Source: a virus (taxonomy: Duplodnaviria; Caudoviricetes). From it: DNA of 64,000 nt. Positions within the stretch are counted from its first letter, which is position 1. Each line of letters begins with the position of its first letter. The notes beneath the pieces are model-generated. The model was given only the letters and a program-made list of their open reading frames with translations. It did not search any database and was not told the DNA's origin. The stretch lies in the IMG/VR virus record IMGVR_UViG_3300027847_001698, one strand, 5' to 3'. A program made the position numbers and the translations under genes. This document shows positions 59,305 to 64,000 of this stretch, in pieces.

Positions 59305-59851
59305 TTCTTTCTATCCTTTGTCCATCTTGTACATGTGCTCTAAGATTATAAACGTAGTAAGTATTAGGAAATAATAACTCTTTGTCTATTACATTACATA
59401 CTATACTTGTTGCCAAATCTACATATAAGAAATCTTTAGCTACAGAGTATTCGGAATAATCATCTGTAACTTTAGGGTCATCTCTGGTATCTATTATTAA
59501 AGTAGAACCATCTAGTGATATTCTTGCATGACTATTAATTGGTCTAGCCTTATCATCTCTACAATCTAAAATAATTCCTGTCTTATCTATATCCGTCTTA
59601 ATTTCTTTATGATGACAAACCAATTTTCCCAAATCTAATATTCCTAAACTTTCTATTAGGTCGGCTATTGCTACAACCTTTTCCACTCCTGCCATTGATG
59701 TATAAAATGGAGGTTCTACTACCCCATATGATATTACATCTTTGTCATAAATATGATAATCACGAAAAACTTTATTTCTCCAAAGTTTGAAGAATATATT
59801 TGAGCCAACTGTTCCACATCCAACTATCCGAACAATTTTAGTTTCATACAT
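59288..59851 (-). CDS. ThiF/MoeB/E1-like adenylation-fold protein
   Basis: IVGCGTVGS (GxGxxG), IYDKDVI, AGVEKV, ILDCRDD; lacks SNLxRQ and the CxxC zinc sites. Confidence 0.75.
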   Translation of the reverse strand: MYETKIVRIVGCGTVGSNIFFKLWRNKVFRDYHIYDKDVISYGVVEPPFYTSMAGVEKVVAIADLIESLGILDLGKLVCHHKEIKTDIDKTGIILDCRDDKARPINSHARISLDGSTLIIDTRDDPKVTDDYSEYSVAKDFLYVDLATSIVCNVIDKELLFPNTYYVYNLRAHVQDGQRIERNESIN

Positions 59852-60181
59852 TTAAATCTTAATTAAAAATCTACATACTTCTATGTCTTCAGTTTTATAT
59901 TCATATGGTTTTTCATCAACCACAGTTATATCTAATTCCGTAAATGCAGCTCTGGTATTTGATAGAATCTCTCTATTCACTTCAATAATACCTACATTGG
60001 TCGTTATTGATTCAAAGAATCCTCTATACTGGGGAGTAGTTGGTACACCAAATCCCAACACTGATATTTTCTTTTCTTTTAATCGTTTTACTAATGTATG
60101 AACCTTTCTAGTATCATTTCTAATTCTGTCATCTTCCTTAGTACTAAAAGTTGACTTTTTATCCTTTTTATCCGTTCTCAT
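59852..60181 (-). CDS. Hypothetical protein
   Basis: 109 aa; its stop abuts the E1-like start. Confidence 0.6.
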   Translation of the reverse strand: MRTDKKDKKSTFSTKEDDRIRNDTRKVHTLVKRLKEKKISVLGFGVPTTPQYRGFFESITTNVGIIEVNREILSNTRAAFTELDITVVDEKPYEYKTEDIEVCRFLIKI

Positions 60182-60190
60182 TAATATTCC

Positions 60191-60670
60191 CTATAAGTAA
60201 TTCTGGAATTCCCCAGCTCTAAAATCAAATGTACTAATAGCGTTGAATGGGTAACCATTCGTCATAGAATTCATTTTTTTAATACCCTCAATATCATTAT
60301 CAACGTAATAAATCTTATCTACATCAAAATTAATTTCATCATGTGTACCATCTATAATACTTTTTATTGTATCCACTTTATATTTTATAACTTCACTATA
60401 TGTAGTATTGGAATAAAAAATTCTTGGAAGAGTGAATATTTTTTCAGGTTCCATGCCCCTCAACAAACAAACCAAGTAAACAAATGGCTTATCTATCCTT
60501 GGGCGACCTGTTAACACAGACCATCTTACTCCAAAATCCTCATTGGGGTTTATATATGTTCCTGATGTTATACATTGTTTAGTGTTATGTATCAATCCTT
60601 TCCAGTTCGTATCACCACAAAGTGTTCCATCAAAATCAAAAAGGTATAATATATTTCTAGATTTTAACAT
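60191..60670 (-). CDS. HAD-superfamily phosphatase
   Basis: FDFDGT motif I, LTGR motif II, YKV Lys, YYVDND motif IV. Confidence 0.85.
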   Translation of the reverse strand: MLKSRNILYLFDFDGTLCGDTNWKGLIHNTKQCITSGTYINPNEDFGVRWSVLTGRPRIDKPFVYLVCLLRGMEPEKIFTLPRIFYSNTTYSEVIKYKVDTIKSIIDGTHDEINFDVDKIYYVDNDIEGIKKMNSMTNGYPFNAISTFDFRAGEFQNYL

Positions 60671-60688
60671 TAATAACCTCCTCTCATA

Positions 60689-60705
60689 TATAGATATATA
60701 TAGAA
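60689..60705 (-). promoter_or_regulatory. Motif class A at the head of the HAD-E1-Ubl-E2-RNAP run
   Basis: 17-mer identical to 10238..10254, in a 47-nt gap that also holds an AGGAGG RBS. Confidence 0.55.
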
Positions 60706-60717
60706 ATAGCTTTCCAT

Positions 60718-63234
60718 TTAAATACTCAGAACCACATCACTCTCAGCGTCTTGTGTATAAGAGTGTGTAATCAATGTAATGTTTTTATTGTTTGCTAACG
60801 CTTTTAAATTCTGACAAAAAGTAGAAGAATTAGCAGAATCAAGACTGTCTAATACTTCATCCAGTAAAATAATATTAAATGATTTATCATATAGATTTTC
60901 AACTAACTTTCGTAATACCATCATACAACAAACATCAATCTGACGTTTTTCCCCACCAGATAATAACTTATGACTATCTGCCCCTGTTTCTGTATTCAAT
61001 ACATTCACAGAAAATCTCTCTCTGATATCTCCACCTTTTGTTTCAGATAGGGTATCAAACGAGACTATAAATTTACCTGGTGCAATCTTTGTTAGTTCCT
61101 CACGAATTGTCTTATTCATAAAAGGAATAGATCCATCAATTAACATCGACGGTATTCCTTTATCAGAAAATGCAATTTTCCAAAACTTATAAACTTCCAG
61201 TTTTTTATTTCCCTTTTTTATAGAAGCGGCATAATTATTTTTTTCAACTGTCAATTCATTTAATTCACTCTTTACAGAATCTAATTTAGATTCATCTATA
61301 TCAGTATCTTCTTCCAACGTATAAAGCTCATTTCGATTAAAGTCTAAAGATGCTATAAGACGAACAATAGAAGCAGTCCTTCCTTCTATTTCAAGTTTAG
61401 ATTCTAACTGTTCAACTTTCTCTACTTGTATATTAAGCAAATCTGATTCAAGTGTATATTTGGATGATAGAAACTCATTTAATATTTCTTTAGACTCTGT
61501 TTTAGATTTAATATCTATTTCATCTTCTATCTTTATTTTAAATACTTCAAAATCAGATTTAAGTTTTTTCTTTTCAGATTCTATTTGAATAGACAACTTA
61601 GACTTGTTCTCTTGGCATTCATCCATTAGCATATCATATTTTTCATCAATAGCTTTATCGGTTTCTTTTCTGGCAACTATAATAATATCTAACTGTTGTG
61701 TAATATCTAATATACTTGTAGAATTATCTGTTTTCTTTTTATCTCCTGTAGCTAAGAGAGTACTAAGATCTTTCTCTACCTTCTCATTTTCATCTATGAG
61801 TTTTTGTTTATAATCAGCATATAATGTTTTGATGTTTAAGAATTCAGCCTTTATAGCTTCGATTCGATCAGTCTTTTCATTAATTAATTTCTCAATCAAT
61901 TCAGATTGTTCTTGTAAATGTTGTTTATGGCTATTGTCCTCTACCTTTTGATTACACATTAAACATGTATCAAAATCAATTTGGACTTGATGCCTTTTTT
62001 CATTTACTTCACCATTAAGAGCTTTAGCCTCTTGTTTAAGATCCTCTGACTTCTTTATAAGAGAATCAATTTGATCTTGAATGTCATATACATTAACTGA
62101 CTTATTCTTTCGTGCTTTTTCAATATCATATTGTTGACTTAAAAGAACCTTCCCTCTCTCCAATTCAATAAGATCAGATTTCAATTTAGATTCGTTATCA
62201 AACGATCCTTTAATAGAAGTTTGAGTCTCTTCCGCCTTTTGACTTGTCAAGATAGTTAATGTGTCAGCCAATGTTGTGAGCTTTTGTCCCAATGTTTCAC
62301 GGGTATTCGAGAAACTAGTGTCTAACTCATTTTTCATTTTAGACAAGATATCATCTTTTTCTCTTACTAGCTTACTGATAAGATTCTCTTGTTTCTTCTC
62401 TTTAGCTTCTTCCAATCCAAATAATTCATCTGACATTTTAACTATATCTACATCTATATGGACTAGTTTTTTATTTATAGAATCCAGATCTTTCTTTGTT
62501 TTATCTTCATCAAGATCGTTAAGATCCTTTTCCATTAACGGTATTCTAATAGTCAAATCTTTAATTCTATTAGCAAGATCATCTTTCTGTGCCTGAATAA
62601 ATGCAGATGTTTCAGTCAACAGAGTTTCTTTTTCTTCAAGTCTAACTTCTATTTTGTCAAACTCTCTACTCTGATTATCAACTTCTATAGTGAGAGTTTT
62701 AGAATCTTCGTCTATATATTCTTTATATCTTTTCCATTCCTCAAGTTGTAGGATAGATGAAAAAATTTGCTTTTGTTGAGAATCATTCAACGACGTAAAG
62801 AAATCCTTAACTTGCTGAGAAAAATAAATACTATTTAAAAAAACTTGTTTAGGAACTAAAATCTGCTCTATTCTCTTATATGTATCAGTTGTAGTTTTCC
62901 CTGAAATGTCAGTTCCATTCAGATACAAATACAACTTATTAGAATGTTTAGAATGTTTATAATAACGCTTTATTAGATATTCATCAGTGTCCACTAGAAA
63001 ATCTACTTCTACTTCGAGATTTTTCCCTTCCTTTTTATTTACTAAATCTGGAAGTTCAATTCCTTCTGCTGTTTTCCCATATAAGGCAATCATTAAAGCC
63101 ATAAAATAAGAAGACTTTCCTTTACCATTTGGTCCAACAATAGATACTAATTTATTATTAGGGAATTCTAATTCTGTTTCAATGTGACATCTAAAATTTA
63201 CTAACTTTACTTTATTAAATTGGATATTTTTCAT
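60718..63234 (-). CDS. SbcC/Rad50/gp46-like recombination ATPase
   Basis: GPNGKGKS, coiled coil with CLMC zinc hook, LSGGE signature, LLDEVLDSLD. Confidence 0.96.
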   Translation of the reverse strand: MKNIQFNKVKLVNFRCHIETELEFPNNKLVSIVGPNGKGKSSYFMALMIALYGKTAEGIELPDLVNKKEGKNLEVEVDFLVDTDEYLIKRYYKHSKHSNKLYLYLNGTDISGKTTTDTYKRIEQILVPKQVFLNSIYFSQQVKDFFTSLNDSQQKQIFSSILQLEEWKRYKEYIDEDSKTLTIEVDNQSREFDKIEVRLEEKETLLTETSAFIQAQKDDLANRIKDLTIRIPLMEKDLNDLDEDKTKKDLDSINKKLVHIDVDIVKMSDELFGLEEAKEKKQENLISKLVREKDDILSKMKNELDTSFSNTRETLGQKLTTLADTLTILTSQKAEETQTSIKGSFDNESKLKSDLIELERGKVLLSQQYDIEKARKNKSVNVYDIQDQIDSLIKKSEDLKQEAKALNGEVNEKRHQVQIDFDTCLMCNQKVEDNSHKQHLQEQSELIEKLINEKTDRIEAIKAEFLNIKTLYADYKQKLIDENEKVEKDLSTLLATGDKKKTDNSTSILDITQQLDIIIVARKETDKAIDEKYDMLMDECQENKSKLSIQIESEKKKLKSDFEVFKIKIEDEIDIKSKTESKEILNEFLSSKYTLESDLLNIQVEKVEQLESKLEIEGRTASIVRLIASLDFNRNELYTLEEDTDIDESKLDSVKSELNELTVEKNNYAASIKKGNKKLEVYKFWKIAFSDKGIPSMLIDGSIPFMNKTIREELTKIAPGKFIVSFDTLSETKGGDIRERFSVNVLNTETGADSHKLLSGGEKRQIDVCCMMVLRKLVENLYDKSFNIILLDEVLDSLDSANSSTFCQNLKALANNKNITLITHSYTQDAESDVVLSI

Positions 63235-64000
63235 TCTGCCCTAGATTCTATACTTTCACATGCTAATTTCATATACTCAGGATCAGTTATTTCCATTATT
63301 TCTGCATACTTTTCAATTTTCTCTTTCCAGTTCATTGAAATATCAATGCCACGATTAGAGATATCTATAATATCAGATTCATCAATAACTGAGATATTGT
63401 TATCATTTTCTTCAATTTTGTTTTTAGTCTTCTTTCTAATTCTTACGTTATGACCATCAGCTTTAGATATAGATGCTTCTTCTAATATTTTTTTTGTATC
63501 AGAATCGTCATCTAATATATACTCTCTATATTCGGTAAATCCACTCACCTTAATAGCTTCCACTTCTAATGTTTCAGTATCATAAATTAAAAAACGTTTA
63601 TCTTCATTTTTATCATTCCATGATGTATGAATAGGACTTCCCACATACATTAATCGGGTAGTTTCATTCTTTATTTCTTGAGGTTTATGATAATGACCCA
63701 ATAAAATAAGTTTGAATTTTGAAAGATGTCCCATGTTTAAATTAGACATAATCGATATCCCGGACTGAAGTTGCGCCTCTGATAGCCCAAAATGACCTAA
63801 CAGAATATCACAGGCTTCAGCCTCAAGGATATCGACTACCATAGTACTGGACCAGGGGACCAGTAATACGTTATCTAATTTAATTGTCTCTGTATAACAA
63901 CTAACATTTGAATATCCTTCAAACGCCGATATGCTTGAAGTTTTATGATCACCAATACTAGATAAATCATGATTTCCTGATATGATCAAGAACTCTAAAT
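63231..64000 (-). CDS. SbcD/Mre11/gp47-like nuclease (5' end outside window)
   Basis: ISGNHD, LLGHF, LGHYH, YVGSP metallophosphoesterase motifs. Confidence 0.92.
   Translation of the reverse strand, partial: LEFLIISGNHDLSSIGDHKTSSISAFEGYSNVSCYTETIKLDNVLLVPWSSTMVVDILEAEACDILLGHFGLSEAQLQSGISIMSNLNMGHLSKFKLILLGHYHKPQEIKNETTRLMYVGSPIHTSWNDKNEDKRFLIYDTETLEVEAIKVSGFTEYREYILDDDSDTKKILEEASISKADGHNVRIRKKTKNKIEENDNNISVIDESDIIDISNRGIDISMNWKEKIEKYAEIMEITDPEYMKLACESIESRAE

Noticed and set aside
2839-62596. Numerous short opposite-strand ORFs in the track (e.g. 2839..3126, 25476..25871, 43385..43927, 50606..50941)
   Set aside because: They lie antisense within well-supported genes and show the Ser/Ile/Leu-rich bias of shadow frames.
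1-64000. Alternative genetic code (TAG or TGA recoding, common in some jumbo phages)
   Set aside because: Long conserved genes (TerL, RNAP, SbcC, ligase) are intact in the standard code and coding density is high; reading through TAG 20617 hits another stop within 15 codons.
1-64000. tRNA, rRNA, CRISPR array, integrase/transposase, intron or intein
   Set aside because: No cloverleaf/T-loop pattern, regularly spaced repeat-spacer array, recombinase motif or interrupted core gene was seen by eye; tRNAscan-SE and Infernal would be needed to exclude them formally.

Overview
This window is a fragment of a large, AT-rich, tailed (myovirus-type, probably jumbo) phage genome read in the standard bacterial code, with dense genes and many AGGAG-type ribosome-binding sites. 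It has five blocks. (1) 1-9790, minus strand: a glycan-synthesis operon with Gmd, a DegT aminotransferase, C- and O-methyltransferases, cupins, GT2 enzymes, and GT29- and Cst/Maf-like sialyltransferase-type domains. (2) 11-15 kb: a MoxR-like AAA+ ATPase and a metallopeptidase-vWA partner. (3) 16-39 kb: a T4-like contractile tail and packaging module (baseplate, sheath, tube, gp25, gp6, tape measure, TerL). (4) 39.7-52 kb: DNA metabolism and modification genes (SF1 helicase, ATP-dependent ligase, QueC, Ntn amidotransferase, FolE, stand-alone PolB-palm-like ORF). (5) 52-64 kb: unsplit multi-subunit RNA polymerase beta' and beta, a candidate E1/Ubl/E2 ubiquitin-like conjugation trio directly upstream of them, a HAD phosphatase and SbcC/SbcD. 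The best leads are the phage E1-Ubl-E2 cassette, a candidate +1 frameshift (UUU_CGU) joining gp26-like and gp51-like ORFs, a candidate multi-hairpin ncRNA, two recurring promoter-like motifs, and a shared 10-aa capsid-targeting-like N-terminus. All family calls come from motif recognition by eye; no database search was run.
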